The notes under the pieces were generated by a model that was not told where the DNA came from, did not search any database, and worked only from the letters and a program-made list of their open reading frames with translations. A stretch of 63,406 nucleotides of DNA, the filler included, from Lenisia limosa (taxonomy: Eukaryota > Protista > Breviatea), in the NCBI GenBank assembly GCA_001655205.1. It is 8 parts of 8 records of this genome, joined end to end, with 100 filler letters (N's around TTAATTAATTAA, not from the genome) between each part and the next. Parts side by side here need not be neighbours in the genome. Positions count along the whole stretch, not along the records: positions 20,190 to 27,897 come from LPNZ01011612.1; positions 27,998 to 50,227 come from LPNZ01002320.1; 6 more parts are not named here. The stretch is one strand, 5' to 3'. How positions within the stretch are numbered: position 1 is the stretch's first letter; the number at the start of each line of letters is the position of its first letter. Positions 22,854 to 37,100 of this stretch are shown one piece after another. Made by a program: the position numbers and the translations under genes.

Positions 22854-25679
22854 ATGTCTCGCACATTAGTACCTCCAATGGTTGTTGCCTATTCACTGTT
22901 GGTTAAGTTTGGGTGAAAATATCATGAGTTGAGATAATATTTTTATCGCAATCTAGGGTTCTCTTTTCAACATACCATTCCACCAAAGCTGAAACCGAGG
23001 TATACCATTAGCATTGAAATAACTATTGTATAGTCAGAATTTGACACAGTTGAGGATTTTGAAACAGGACACTCAGATGAAATTGACACATCCAGTTACT
23101 ATACCGTTTGTCACAGAAAAGTCAATTTCCAATGACTTTCTAGGATGTTATACTTCCAGAAGCTGCACCAGGCCTGATTTTGGCTCTCATATTCCTGGTG
23201 TTTGGCTTCACATATTTCCTCTACAGTACGCAGTTTGAAATGTAATCCCTCTAGGGTGGTGTCGCTGTTGTTGCCGATGTAAGTCTAAAAAGTCCAAAAG
23301 AAAGTCGCACTTTTTCCTGTTCGTTTGCCTTGTCGTTTTGCTTGCAGCAAGGTTGGAAGGAGCCGTGAATTCACTGTGGTAGTATATATTCGGTCTTTCT
23401 TCTCACAACAAATGACAAACTTGAAAATGGAGTTGATAAGGTCTTGGTAGGTTCAAGGAAGCAATCTAACGAGTAGGACAAAGCAGAAAACGCCACTTCT
23501 CAGACATTTCATGAAACTGTGGAAATCAATGATGCACTCGAAAGTGCTGACAAGTACATATCTTTGGTATGCTGGAAGAAATAGTTTTATTCAGTTTCAG
23601 TTCACTTTTATGTAAACGAAATAACTCATGACTAATAGTCAAAGATGGTTTTAGTCATTTTCATTGAATTAGTTTTTACTCCGTCACATTCGGTGGACGT
23701 GAATTGTGACATTGTTTCTATTATCCATACAATTGGAGTTGATTCCCTAGGTACCCTCAGACTCTGAGCTCAATAGATTGTACCAAAAGAGTTTATTGGG
23801 TCAGTTTTATCTGATTATTTTCTAACTTCACAGAAATGAGTGACAATATTGACGAGGCTGAAGATATTAAATCTGACGCATTTGATGTTATTGATGCTGG
23901 TTGGTCTGATACCATTTGACAATATAGCAAGAGTTGCGGAAAGTTGGAGAAGCTTCTTTTTATTTGTTGTTGTCATTGTGACTCTTAGCCTTCTGGGACT
24001 TGCAGTGTTGGCGCTTTTACTGAATTTGAGATGGCTTGCAATTTTGTGAGGACTGGTTTTTACAATTATCCTTCAGGATCACACTTGTGTTTTTTGTTTT
24101 AGTTGTCTGTTGTTGGGTCATATACGCAGGTCACAGGGCTGCAGTCTTCATTATCGCGGTATGAGTCAGGGGGAAACCGACTTTTAGGACTCCTGTGTGG
24201 AGCTAATCGATTTTTCTTTCGGAAATGGAACTGACAAAATCACAAAGCTCATTGAATGTCTTGATGAAGACTCTTGTGAGCTTTTTCCTCCTCTCACTGC
24301 TAAAGTCGACACTCTCGTTCAGTTTACAGATCTTTTGGTTGACTTTATAAATGTACTTGCAGATTTTGAAACTGATGCTGAGAAAGAGGCAGAACTGCGT
24401 AGCGATGTTTGCCATTGCTAAAGATGACTTTTTAGTCCGCTTTGTACCAAGAAAACTCAAACAAAGCAGTAGAATTGGGCACTTGTGAGTCTTTCAGGAA
24501 AAGTGTTGGAGATATCGTTGATGACTACTGCAAAGAGCCAGTAATGTTGGTTTTCACTCTCTTTTTTGTTACTTCACTTCCACAGGGGCAATTGTGACGA
24601 CTTACAGGAGAAATATGTTGGTCACAGTACTTTTTATTAACCTCATAACTTATTAGTTAATTGTGGCAATATTACTGTCAATTTCTTATGTGATGTTGAT
24701 TTTCAGTAAGGAAGGGAAAGCAATTTTAGTTTAATTTAAAGGCTTGGATTACCAAAGTTCGGATAAACGAAGTGAGAATGTTCCAACAGCAGCAGTTGAA
24801 GGAGATAATGTAAGTAGTGTAAAAGATTGTGTGCGAATTAACAAACTTGCAGAAGCCGTCTAATTCTGTAACTGTTGCTGTTGACCAGCATTTCCCTTGT
24901 CCATCCGCTCCACCCCTCTGTGAATCCAGTAAGCACCTTTTATATGCTAACCTGGTAGCTGACCCCAATTCTCTAAACGGACAACGACCTAGTAGTGTTC
25001 CTGTCTATAATGACTCTGGTTCAGTTATTGTCAACATGTCACCACAGCAGATGAGGTGAGAATCTTTTTGTCTCACCTTATATCCAAAGCCGGTCGTATG
25101 AATCAACAAATCAACGAAATGTTGTTGGTGGGTACGGTATTCTTTCTTCTCCTTGTCATATTTTAGGTGCAACACGACCATCAGGTTGGCAGAAACCACT
25201 TTCACCGTTATCTCTTGATTTTGACTCTCTAGGTGCGCGTAGGAAGGCACCACCTCAACCAGATATACCTCCAAGTTTGCCTTATTCTCCCAATAGATTT
25301 GGGTTCTGAAATAACGTGAATATTAGCCTTTCAAAAACACATGCCCTTCTCCAACCCCATTTCTAGGCTATTGGGCTGTGGTGCCGCGACCCTCCGATCT
25401 TTCTGACCAAAAAGCAGGCCTGTTGGCAAGGAATTTGCAAAACATGACGCAAAAACTGTGTGGTTATGTTATATAATATGTAATCCCCTAAACAGAGAAC
25501 CGCCACAGACATCCCCCCAGCATAAATACGGTCTTAGCTCAACAGTCGTATCCACGCAGCCACAACCGTCCTACAACCCTTCATGGGTGGGATATTCCCC
25601 TTATCACTTTGCTTGGTTTGTCCATGTTCTTTGTAAACACAAAGCAGTAATACATCCTTTCACCATTCAGAAACCCTAG
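22854..25679 (+). CDS. Multi-pass membrane protein, Tweety/prominin-like, with a Pro-rich cytoplasmic tail; many small exons
   Basis: TM1 (APGLILALIFLVFGFTYFLY) is followed by RWCRCCCRC and basic residues. Later TM pair FFLFVVVIVTLSLLGLAVLALLL / ITLVFFVLVVCCW, extracellular DSCVELID...LIECLD and GNCDDLQEKY, then a PSAPP/PPQPDIPP tail. Confidence 0.55.
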
Positions 25680-25880
25680 AAGCCTGACCATTTTCAGCCA
25701 TCAAAAGGAGAATTGTTTAATTTTGAAACACCTCACGTTTGTTTTGACACCCATACCCTTATGTTGCTTATAAAATACATTATTAAGTTAAATAGATCAA
25801 TCAGCTCATCACAGCATTAGCACTGGAAGATCAGAGCATTTCATTTCAGCTACCCCACATACCTAAATAGTAGTTTGGTC

Positions 25881-27732
25881 TTATTCTGGAGCGTCAAATG
25901 TGGGGATACCCTTCCGCTTGCCGGGCTTTTTAGACTTTTGGGCTAAGGGGTAAGAATCTTGCTTCCAGTCTTGCGATCCTGTTCTCAAACTTGATTTCCA
26001 ACCTTTATCAGTCATTCCATGGAGGTTTTGAAGTGGTGACTGAGCTTCAGCAACAGGAGACTGGGGATTGGATCCTGAGGTGTAAGCGCTGTAAAGAGAA
26101 GTGTAGAAAAGCTGAGCAATATCTTACCACCGCTCTTTCTCTTCCATGCGTCCACATGCCTCAAAACATGGTGCTTGTGAGTGGCGGACTGCTTGTCGAA
26201 GGTTTGCATTTCCTACAGAGTCAGCTTTCATCCTTGTGCAGGTTTTTCTTCAATAGTGAAGCGTTTGGAAAGTGCTTACAGTACTGAGGGATGTTTGGAT
26301 AGACGATGATAGGTCTTCAACCCAAGCTTCCTAAAGTCTCAGAAATTGTCAGGTAAAAGGACTTGTCGAAAGAAGACAGGCTCATTCTCCAACCTTTTCT
26401 TTCTCAGACTCGGCCAGACAGTAGTGGACCGTGTCGGGCTGGATGAGGGAAAAAGGGAACATGTCATCCTTGCTTGAACATTCTAATGTCGTGTGATGTC
26501 AAAGAGACTCAAGAAACACACAACCGAACCACCAACCTGGTGCATCAGAGTCCCAGTCTCCCTGAACCTCGCAGGCAACAAGAGGGCAGATGTCGGCGCA
26601 AATGATACGCGAGCCTTTGGTGGTGAGGAGGCGGTATTCATACCTTTAATTCGGGCTTGGATGTATACGTCATTGAAAAGGAACCATTTGAAGGTGTACA
26701 GCATTTGGCTTGACGCTGGGTGCGGAGCTTTGAGGATTCCTTCGCGAACTAACACGCGGTTCGGAGCCACAAGAGGCTGTGGTCGTTAAAAGGACTTGGT
26801 TAGCATTAGTCAGTTCCTCTGACAAAGACCTACGAAATTCAGCTTCTCCATGGTACTGGCAATTTGGACCACCTCATCAAGAAGTTCTGTCTTGCGTCGC
26901 GTTTCGTTGGCGTGGTTCTGAGATATAAAGGAATACTAGAACAGGATATTATGAGTTAACCGCATGAACAGCCTTGGTAGGGGGCGTCATCATATAGTAC
27001 ATGTTTATCATACTCAGACATACCCCCCCCCCCCNNNNNNNNNNNNNNNNNNNNNNNNNNNNNNNNNNNNNNNNNNNNNNNNNNNNNNNNNNNNNNNNNN
27101 NNNNNNNNNNNATACATTTTGTCAAAATTCCTGATTTACGGTATAAAAATGCATTGAAACAGGTAGTGAGTTAAATTGGCCATTAATCTCATGGATCTGA
27201 TTATCAACAATAGTCAAGGGATCTTCAATGAATTTTTGAACATCTCTTCCAATGTTAAAGCCAATTTTTCCGTAAGATTGGTGGGCTCAATTCTCTTTTC
27301 CAGGCAAAAAATACGGTTTTTTTTTTGTATATCATAGAAAATACATTTTGCTTTTTGACATACCCTCATGGGGTATGGACATATATGTATAAATTATATA
27401 TCATGATATACATGTACATTTGAAATTATGCCCTGACNNNNNNNNNNNATACACCCAGTATGGCGTAAAAAATCATTTTGATATATGACGACGCCCCTGG
27501 CTCACCGCCAGTTTCTTCGACTCCAAAAGAGCATTTTGAAGGGACTGGTATTCATGGTGTTTTTCAGGCGTTTTCTTGATCAAATCCTAAAAGGTCAAAG
27601 AACTCTTCAGAAGATCCAAAATAATAACCGTCTTACTTCAATTAGTAGGTTGTATCTGGGAATACGCTGAACAGGCATAATCAGCAGGGATTCAAGAGAG
27701 AGATTTCCAAGAACTTCGGAATGGGTATGAGC
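25881..27732 (-). CDS. Dbl-family Rho guanine-nucleotide exchange factor (DH-PH), 5' partial
   Basis: LSLESLLIMPVQRIPRYNLLIE-DLIKKTPEKHHEYQSLQNAL (DH signature), then PLVAPNRVLVREGILK...KWFLFNDVYIQAR and LAESEKEK-EAWVEDLSSSI (PH); stop at 25883-25881. Confidence 0.9.
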
Positions 27733-28139
27733 CTGAACCATTAACTCAAAACAGAGGGGGATAAGGATAGTGAGCAACCAGTGTTAAAGCTAGACAAAAG
27801 CCAGATGACAAAACACACACAAAAAAAAATCCTGGTGGACAGTTTTTTTGTTTGTCATGATTAACCAAACGTAGTATCCGTGTGGGGGGGGGGGGGANNN
27901 NNNNNNNNNNNNNNNNNNNNNNNNNNNNNNNNNNNNNNNNNTTAATTAATTAANNNNNNNNNNNNNNNNNNNNNNNNNNNNNNNNNNNNNNNNNNNNCTA
28001 TATGCATATTATATATGATATATATATACTATATGCATATTATATATGATATATATACTAGTATATGCATATTATATATATTTGATATGATTATATCATA
28101 CACAATATATATATCATATCATATATATTAGATATACAG

Positions 28140-31100
28140 TTCGTGAGATAAGTAATGGCTCTAAGTTTTTTTTGTAACTTTTCACAATTTCATTCATTTT
28201 GAGCGAAGAAAACGGCATTATTGAGTACATTTGTGATTTTGTCGGTCACCCTGCGACTGTCCATCTATTTTGGCACCTGAAAAATATATTAAGCGTAAGG
28301 GGCTGTTACTTCTCACAACTGACCTTATTGACAGCAAGAAAAAGGAGGATAAAAAAAAGCCTGAATAGGCTTTTTATCTCCCAATTCCCATCTTTTCCAC
28401 CCAATGCAACTCCTTCCTAACCAGTATTATGGATATGATTAGCCTCCTCTTCCTTCACAATATGGTTTCATCTCCTCCTCAGTTTCCTGTGGTCGCTCCC
28501 ACCATTACTACCCCCTCCCTCCTTTTCATTATGGTGTTTCACTGCTTAGCTCTCAACAGTACCCTCAACAGCAACATCTGTAGCTTCCCATCGCCCAGCT
28601 CCATGAAAGTACCACCTTAACAAGCGTTAAGATTTGAAAAAGGAGTGAATTTATTTATTACTTATTATGTAGGTACCCTTTTAAAATATCTTTAAATATT
28701 GTATCAAAACCTCTCTAAAATATACTGAAAAGATTCATGTTAAGTAAATAACACTCAAGGTTACGGTAAACAGTTGCTCTTTCCAAGATCAATTTAGCTG
28801 GTGAAACCTAAACACCATGATGAACATCCTCTTGACTCTGCCTCACTTGTTGGAAAAGTTCTGTATATGGCGATTTTTGGCTATTTCCCTCAAATATGAC
28901 ATTTCCCATTTTCTGTCGAGTGTATGTTGTTCCCGAGGGGATATGGCATTCAGGATATCCGCGGTTGTTTTGCGGAGGTTGTTTTCACTCAGCTATGCCT
29001 CGTTCGTCCCTCGGAACCTCCTTACAACAACCATGGAAATCCCGAATGCCATATCTCTGAGGGTCTGCGTTGAGGGGATATGAGCTATCATATACACGAT
29101 TAACTGTGAGAAATGTCATATTTTGGGTGATCTCGGGCGAAAGAGTCGAAATTCGTCAATGAAGCAGAGCCAAGAAGAGTCCAATATGATGTTTCAGTTT
29201 CCATAGTAAAAAAGTGAAGAATTTTGCTCAATTTATGCGTATTATGTAATAGTTCTGTTCTTTCTGTTCTGTTCTTTCTAGGGTGAAGTCCGGTTTTGTT
29301 GCCACTTAAAAATAATTAATGTAACAAATGTAAAGTGATGCAGTATTTCTATATTTTTCTTCTTCCTTTTTCTGCTTAAAGTTAAGAGATAATTTTCCTC
29401 ATTGGATCCTCTTACTGCCTTGAATTGAAGAACTGGCGTTTTTTGAAGCAAGATCTTGCTTAATGCCATATTCCTGAGGTTGGTTTAAGAAGGTTCGGAG
29501 GGACAAACGAGGCATAGCCCAGTGAGAACTGAGAACCTCAGAAAAACAACCAAGAAAATGCCCTATGCCATACCCTACGAACCTGCGCCAAGGAAATATG
29601 AGCAATCAACCCTCGGAAAAATGGGAAAGTCATATTTTTCGTTTTGGGTCATTATTGTTTTTTTCGCCAAAAATCATATTTTGTCGCTCTGATCGAACTA
29701 TTGGAAGCATAAAAAAATCATTTACGGGACAAAGGGTAAAGGGGTCAAGAAGGGTGGGGGATAGGGGGGTGACACGCCATCGGAATGTCATATAGTATGT
29801 ATNNNNNNNNNNNNNNNNNNNNNNNNNNNNNNNNNNNNNNNNCCTAAATTAGGTCATTAATTGTTATTTTGAGTTTTACAGCCGCAGAAACCAAAAAAAG
29901 TAGTGGCCATTATAAACGACTCAATAAATTTAGTGGAATCCAAGTCTAAACAAGCAAGTTGCAGATAAAAATCAACACTTTCCTGTAAAAATTTCTATCA
30001 CTACCGAAAGGATTTGCCTTATATGGAAAAACAACGGAAAATTCCAAAAATCAGTAATTCAACTGAAATACAATTGATGTTTATGCCTGTCGTTTACAAA
30101 CAAAATGCCACCTCTCATTGTTTTCACTGTTTTATTGATGGATCCATTTGAAAGGATTCCAGAATCTGTCGGAGCACTGGGCTCACCCCCCCCCCCATTT
30201 TACATTCANNNNNNNNNNNNNNNNNNNNNNNNNNNNNNNNNNNNNNNNNNNNNNNNNNNNNNNNNNNNNNNNNNNNNNNNNNNNNNNNNNNTGCATTTCC
30301 ATCTTACGTACGCTGGAGTGATGGGAATAACGATTTAGTAATCCAACCAATAGCACCTGCGCCGAGGGCAAGTAAAAATAGTATTTAAAAGGTATGTTAT
30401 TCCTGCTAAAAAACCCTGTTTAGGAGATTTCATCATCTGTAAATATTCTTATGTGTTTTGAAGTGTAATGTAGTGTATTGACGTTATTGATCTGGTGGTT
30501 AACCAATTTTATGATTTTGAAGTACTTTTGACTAAAAAAACCGGGTTTGATTTGAAAAAGCAAGAGAGGCAGAGGGCTGGGGGATGAAGATCAGATCAAT
30601 GAAACAGCGAGGTGCAAAAACTACTTGAATGCATTGGTAAAGTTCTTCAAATGCTCTAAATGATCACAACACAGGCAGAGCGGGAGTAGGGAGCTACCAG
30701 AAGAAGAGGAAAGAAGATCATTCAGAAGATCCCTGAACCGATCAGGAATTGAGGCAAACAGCAAGTCAAGTTTAGCCAGTAAGAAACCTAATAGAGTTAT
30801 AAAGAAGGTCAGAGGCATCAACACAGCTTTCAAAATCTAACCATTTTGCTTCACGTTAAACACAGCTTAGAGAGTTTCTCAGCAGCTTGCGCGGAGAGTA
30901 CAGAATGCAAACTACTCCTCATTAAAGTCAGCAGGCAATCTAATTGAGTCAAAAAGAACGACAGAAGCTCTAACAAACCTACAACATTTCAAAATCCTTT
31001 AATTCTCGCTTTTGAGAGCACTGTTTATTTAAAAGCAAAGCCAAAAACAGAAGAGATACAATCACTGGAAAAATGTTGTTTCCAATCATTCCCCTCGTGT

Positions 31101-34100
31101 ATATGATTACTCGCCGAGGAAGTCCCGAGGAACATCCGCAAATAATCAATTTAAAAAATCCACTCAGCCATATCCACAAATGGACCAGTGATTCTCCCAT
31201 ATTTCACCCCCCCCCCCTTTACGGGAAAAGGGATAGGGGGCAAGAAGAGTGGTAGGGAATATGGGGTGGCACGTCATCGGAGTGTCATATATTATGATAG
31301 AAAAATATGACATTTATCAATGGGAGCCTACTAGGTTCGGTAGTTATACGCGTAAAATAAGAGTGTTCAGAAAAGGACAGCAATATTTTTCAAAGTTTCA
31401 ACCTTTACTGTCTTCTTCTTGCCCATTCTACGGTCATATGCCGCTCACGTACTATAGAATTTGATTAATTCAACTTATTAGATTCAAACAATTCTTGTAA
31501 GTTATTCCTAACTACATTTCAGTATATTCATTTCATCTAATTGATACTCAGCAGCTGTGGTAGCCTTTTGGGTTTCTCCAATATTTTTGGGGAATTGATA
31601 CAAATACATTTGGCAGACCAGTGAATTTTGAAGCCACCATCTTAAACAGCTGGTGATAAAAGGTGCGATAAAAGAGAGCAGAGTGCAAACAAATGAGGCA
31701 TATTACTTCAAGAGGGCTTCCCTACTGTACCGATATCGATAAATATCGATATTTATCCATTTCAGAAGCCCTGAACATTTCATTATAACTTAGCCAAGGA
31801 AAGGTTGCACATCAATCGGTATCATCTTACGATTTTGGATTAATGAGCTGTTTTAAAAAAAATTATTTATTGTATTTGTGTTCTCCCCTATCCAAAATTT
31901 CATAACCAGATTAAGTGCGTACCTTTGACTATCAGATATGATATGTAATGCTGCGAAGAAACCGTGTAACTTATGATTTTTTTGGACCACCGACGCTCAT
32001 TTTGACCTTTGTTTTATAAAAAAACTTTGCAGACCACCTCAAAAACTATTTTGTTAAAAAAATTTTTTTTTGAGGAAATAGTTCAGTTCACAGTTCAGTT
32101 CCTCCCCTTTTTGCTGATTTTTTTTTTTCTCATCCCCCCCTCCTCTTATCAAAGTTTGGAATTTTACATTATTTTTTTTTGCGCTCATCTTGAAGATAGT
32201 CCTTGTAAGAAGTAAGCTTNNNNNNNNNNCATTCCCCTCCCTCTTATTAAAGTTTGTAATTTTACTTTTTTTTGCGCTCATCTTGAAGATAGTCCTTGTA
32301 AGAAGTAAGCTTGCAATTTCTTTTTNNNNNNNNNNAGTTTTTAGACCCTCGGATCATCAATTTAATTTTTGCATTTCTACCGGACCAAGCGTCTCCCAGA
32401 AAGTTTGGACCTCGTGGGTGGGTGTGCTACCGAATTACTATTTTTTTATTTATTGGAGTAACAAAATAACCTCGATAACTATCAGTTAAAACGGTTCCTG
32501 ATGGAAAAGGGTGATGATAGATACATACAAAAGCGTTGTTTTCCAATTCAACTGTGTTATAATTTCGACCATACTTATAAAGTTTGGGCCCCGTGGGTGT
32601 GTTACAGGATTACTAATTTTTTTGATACTGGAGTGCCAAATNNNNNNNNNNNNNNNNNNNNNNNNNNNNNNNNNNNNNNNNNNNNNNNNNNNNNNNNNNN
32701 NNNNNNNNNNNNNNNNNNNNNNNNNNNNNATATGGCATATTTGTTGTCATTTAGACCATATTGGTAACACTAACTCCTTTAGAATGGTAAAAACACAGGC
32801 TCAAAGCTTCTGGAATGTGCAGAAACCACTTTTAGAGAATGGCTGGAAGGTGCAAAATCACGTTGAAAGAAATTAGTTTCTAAATTCAGCTTGTAAATCG
32901 TGGTATGAACGGGATTATGGAAAGTGGAAAAGTGTTTCGTCATTCTTGCATATGGAATCTGCAAGCGATTACTCGTTTAAAATCCCCCGCTCCACTTTTG
33001 ATAAGTGTTATGATCGCTATGCTAATCTTGTTGAGAAAAGAATAGAGAATGATGACACCTCAAGTGGTTTGCTTGATTTAATCGATATCAAAAGTGGCAG
33101 AAATCCAATTTCAGCAAAAGTTGATAGAATGGTTTGAAACCGCATGTTGATTTATTGGTGAGAAAAATGAGAGAAGCAGACCCGAATCATAAAGGTGGAA
33201 GCAAGGCAACAAATTAGAGAACTGTTAAAAACCTTGAAAGAACCATCCGATCTTGATATTAACAGACAGAAAGCAACACAGGTTTTTTTTTTGATAATTT
33301 GATCTTTAGCCATATAAATGTATGCTGACTAAGCGAACTTTTGTCTCTGGAACGAATATTCAAAAGGTGATTATAGATAAAGTCAGAAAAATGAACACAA
33401 CTGATATCAGGATCAAAGACAAGGAAGCTGTAAAGCAATATATGACATATTTGGCAACGGAAGCGCTGGTTACTAGACATTTGAAGGTACTTTGTTCGTT
33501 CCCTTGCTGATGAGGATATTGAGAAAGGTGAGCCCAACATAAGAACAATAACATATTTAGCACAACATTATTTTAATGAAAGGTTGGACAGTATCTTTGA
33601 TACTAATTTTACCCGGCCAGGTTTGAATGGTTGATGAACCACATGTCTTCATCACGCTCTGTGAATAATTTTATTATGCGAATAACCTCATGTGGATATG
33701 GCCTTTCGTTTTTATTTGCAAGTCTCCCTGGCTTACCTACATGATTAGTTTGAAGAAAAAAGAACAGAGGCATCTGATTTTTTTCTTTATGTTTTGAATT
33801 ATAGTATANNNNNNNNNNNNNNNNNNNNNNNNNNNNNNNNNNNNNNNNNNNNNNNNNNNNNNNNNNNNNNNNNNNNNNNNNATACATTTTAGAGTGAATC
33901 TCGTAAAAAGATAAAAAAAAACAGAAGTACTCGAGAAAACCAGAACTGGCAAAAAAACCAGAATTTTGAACGGCCGCTTATCTCACAAAATTAGAAGTAA
34001 AATGATCTTCACTTTGTTTATCCTTCATTTTCGGGGGTGATTTGTTTTCTACTGTATTTCAAAAATCGGTAACAAGAAAAAACCAAAATTAGCGAAAAAA

Positions 34101-37100
34101 ACAGAATTTTGAACGGCCGCATATATATATTACTTATCTCCATAGTGGTGGTTTAACTCTCTAGGAGGAGTAATCGTGGGATTATTAACAATAAAAAAAA
34201 GAAAAAAAAAATACCTATCTTCTGAATTCTGCGAGCCTAGTTGTTTTTTCATGTCTAAAAAATAATGACAATGAACAGGGAAATGAGATATGATTGGGCA
34301 AAGAGTGCCGGAATTAAAAATTGAAATGTCATCATATGACACAAACCTAGCAAATAAAGAATGATCCATATTTGGATATCAGTCAATATCTCACGCTTTT
34401 TCCACACCTTCAAAATTCTTTTTAAATACCATTCGACCATTGTAAGGGTTTTGGGATGTCTAGCTTTCAGTTCTGATGTGAAAAGAAGTTTAAAAGGGCT
34501 CTCAGATGAGAAAAAGCTGGTTATTCGCCTTTAAAATTCCTGTTTTCCTCATTAGACAACTTTCTGGAACATTTGGGTCCGAAATCAAAAAAAAAACCAC
34601 ACAATTCATCAGAAAAGGGACCAAGTTCCCAGCCCGCAATGGCAACTTCTTAGAATTTGTTTCCTTATTCCATTGGCTTTAATGATGTTAACATTTTTAG
34701 ATTTAAAAAGTCTCCAAATGAAACAATCTATTTAGTGCCTATTGCACACATATCAAATGATACATATATGATATGTAACAGTTAAAAAAAAAATACATAC
34801 TATAGCTATAACTCCAGATTAACAGCTTTAGGAATGTCTTGATTTCATTTTCGAGCCTATCTTCACGATTTTTATTAAAAATGCGTCATTTTGTCACCAC
34901 AGATCCCAAGTTTGTCTTTTTCACTTATTTTCCAAAAAATGATGTGAACTGAACTGAACTTTCTACATTATAAATTTTAAAAATTTTCGTACCTATTTTT
35001 GGGACAACAAAAATTTGAAATTTTGGCGTATATGATATGTATTATAAAAGTTTTAAGCTTCGATGCATGTTGTACTTTGGGCCATGCCTCTTGCTTATGG
35101 ATGTTCTACCAAATATTAACAATCGATTTCCGTGTTATTTTCATCATCTTCCTAAGACATTTATAAACATTTGCTAAAAATAGGTACGAAATTCTAAAAT
35201 TTCCTAATTTAGAAAGTTCAGTTCATTTCAGTTCATTTTTTGGAAAATAAATTGTAAAACATAAACTTGGGATCTGTGGTGACAAAACGACGCATTTTTC
35301 AAAAATAATTTGTGAAGATAGGCTCAAAAACGAAAGCAAGATATTCCTGAAGCTATTTATTTGTCATTTTCTGCTTTTAAAATTAAGTGATGGTTTTCCC
35401 AGAACTGGCATTTTTTGGATCAAGATCTTGTGTAACAAAGGTTTGTTAGTGTATTTACCGTGCTGATTGACATTAGTAGGTTCTTCACTTGTCAAAACGA
35501 AGGATTTCATCTCTTACCGCTGAGTGCTGGAAACTTGCAGTCGAACACTGTTTCTGAGACGCTTATTAAGCTTTCTTATCAAAAATATATCAGTTTTCAA
35601 GAAGTTTTTGGATGATCAGTTTCTTCCTGAACTGTTGAAGGTGTGTTTCCTCTCAGTGTCCCTTCTTTTTGACCTTTTTTGAGTGGAAATCGTTTTAGAA
35701 GACAGTTTCAAATAAGGCATTGACCAAATAACCCCACTTGACACGTCATCGGAATGACATTATACTATATGATAAATATGATGAGAAAATATGACATTTA
35801 TCATACTACTTTAACCCTTGGGTTCATAAAATATGACATTTCTCATATTTACCCGCGGGAATAGGATAAATGACCTATTTTGACTCAATCTCCATGTTTT
35901 TTTTAGAGAATAGTCATACTTTCAATTATTTACAACCTCCGTTGATCAGCTTAGGCGTCTTGCTCTGTTAGTAAAAATGGCGAACCTGCCAACGAAAGGC
36001 AATGGGCTCGTATTTTGGGAATATGGAAGTAGTGCCCACCGATTTTCTCTCTTTCAATTCTATCGTTCTCCTCTTTTCGAGCCTTCTTTTGCTTTTTTAG
36101 CCAAGACAATCACACAACTCAGAAATGACAGGAAGAACTCTTCGGCATTTACGCAAACAAAGCAATATATGGGTCAATAAAGACGAAAATGGGTCGGCTT
36201 AGCTTTTGTCTTCCTTAGCCTGAGCCTCCTCACGCGCCTTCTTCTTCCGTGGGTTGTCGGCCTTGGCCTCTCAATCTCGGCCCGGGCTCTGTCCGAACTT
36301 GCACAAAATATACGCGATTAATAATGATTTCAGGAGTTCACTTGCTCTCAACTTCCTTAACGATCACGCTAAAGACCTGTCTTTTGGGGAGCATCAGATA
36401 TGGCACCAAGATTTCCGTGGTTGTTTTAAGGAGATTCCGAGGGACGAACGAGGCATAGTAAGGTCGAAATTCGTCATATTAAAAACAATTCTTACTACAA
36501 AATTCAGTGAAGCAGAGCCAAGAAGATGATGTTTCAGTTTCCATAGCAAAGGCGATCTTAAAAAAAGTGAAGCATTTTGCTCAATTTAGTCGTAATTAGT
36601 GTTTTTTGTTGTTTCTAAAAGATGAAGTCGGATTTTGTTTCTACTATAAAAGGATTCTACATAAGGTAACTAAAAGTGATGCAGCATTTAAAGTTTATAG
36701 TTTTTTTTCTTTGTTCCTTTTACTGCTTTCTAAGGTTAAGCGATGGTTCTCCCATTGGATCCTCTTACTGCCTGGAATTGAAGAACTGGAGTTTTTTTGA
36801 GGAAGAGCATGTTTAACAAGAAGGTTATTAGTGTATTTACCGTGCTGATTGACTTTAATAGGCTCTTTACTTGTCAAAACGAAGGATTTCTTCTCTTACT
36901 GCTGAATGCTGGAAACTTGAAGTCGAAGACTGCATCTTAGACGCTTATTAGCTTTCTTATCAAAGAAATATCAGTTTACAAGAAGTTTTGGGGTGCTCAT
37001 TTTCTTCCTGTTCTGTCGAAGGTGTGCTCCCTATTGGAAATCGTTTGGTTGGTTGAGACAAGAAAATGGCAGCCTTTCGTCTAAAGGAAAGTGGAAATCG

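Noticed and set aside
32170-32312. About 50-bp direct repeat around a 10-N gap
   Set aside because: Exact duplication flanking a tiny gap, most likely a contig-overlap artefact.
30600-33700. Possible hAT transposase remnants (GKNTGSKLLECAETTFREWL; WLDFESCVDASDLLYNSIRFLTG)
   Set aside because: Fragments are short, on opposite strands and lack the catalytic or dimerisation motifs; too weak to call.
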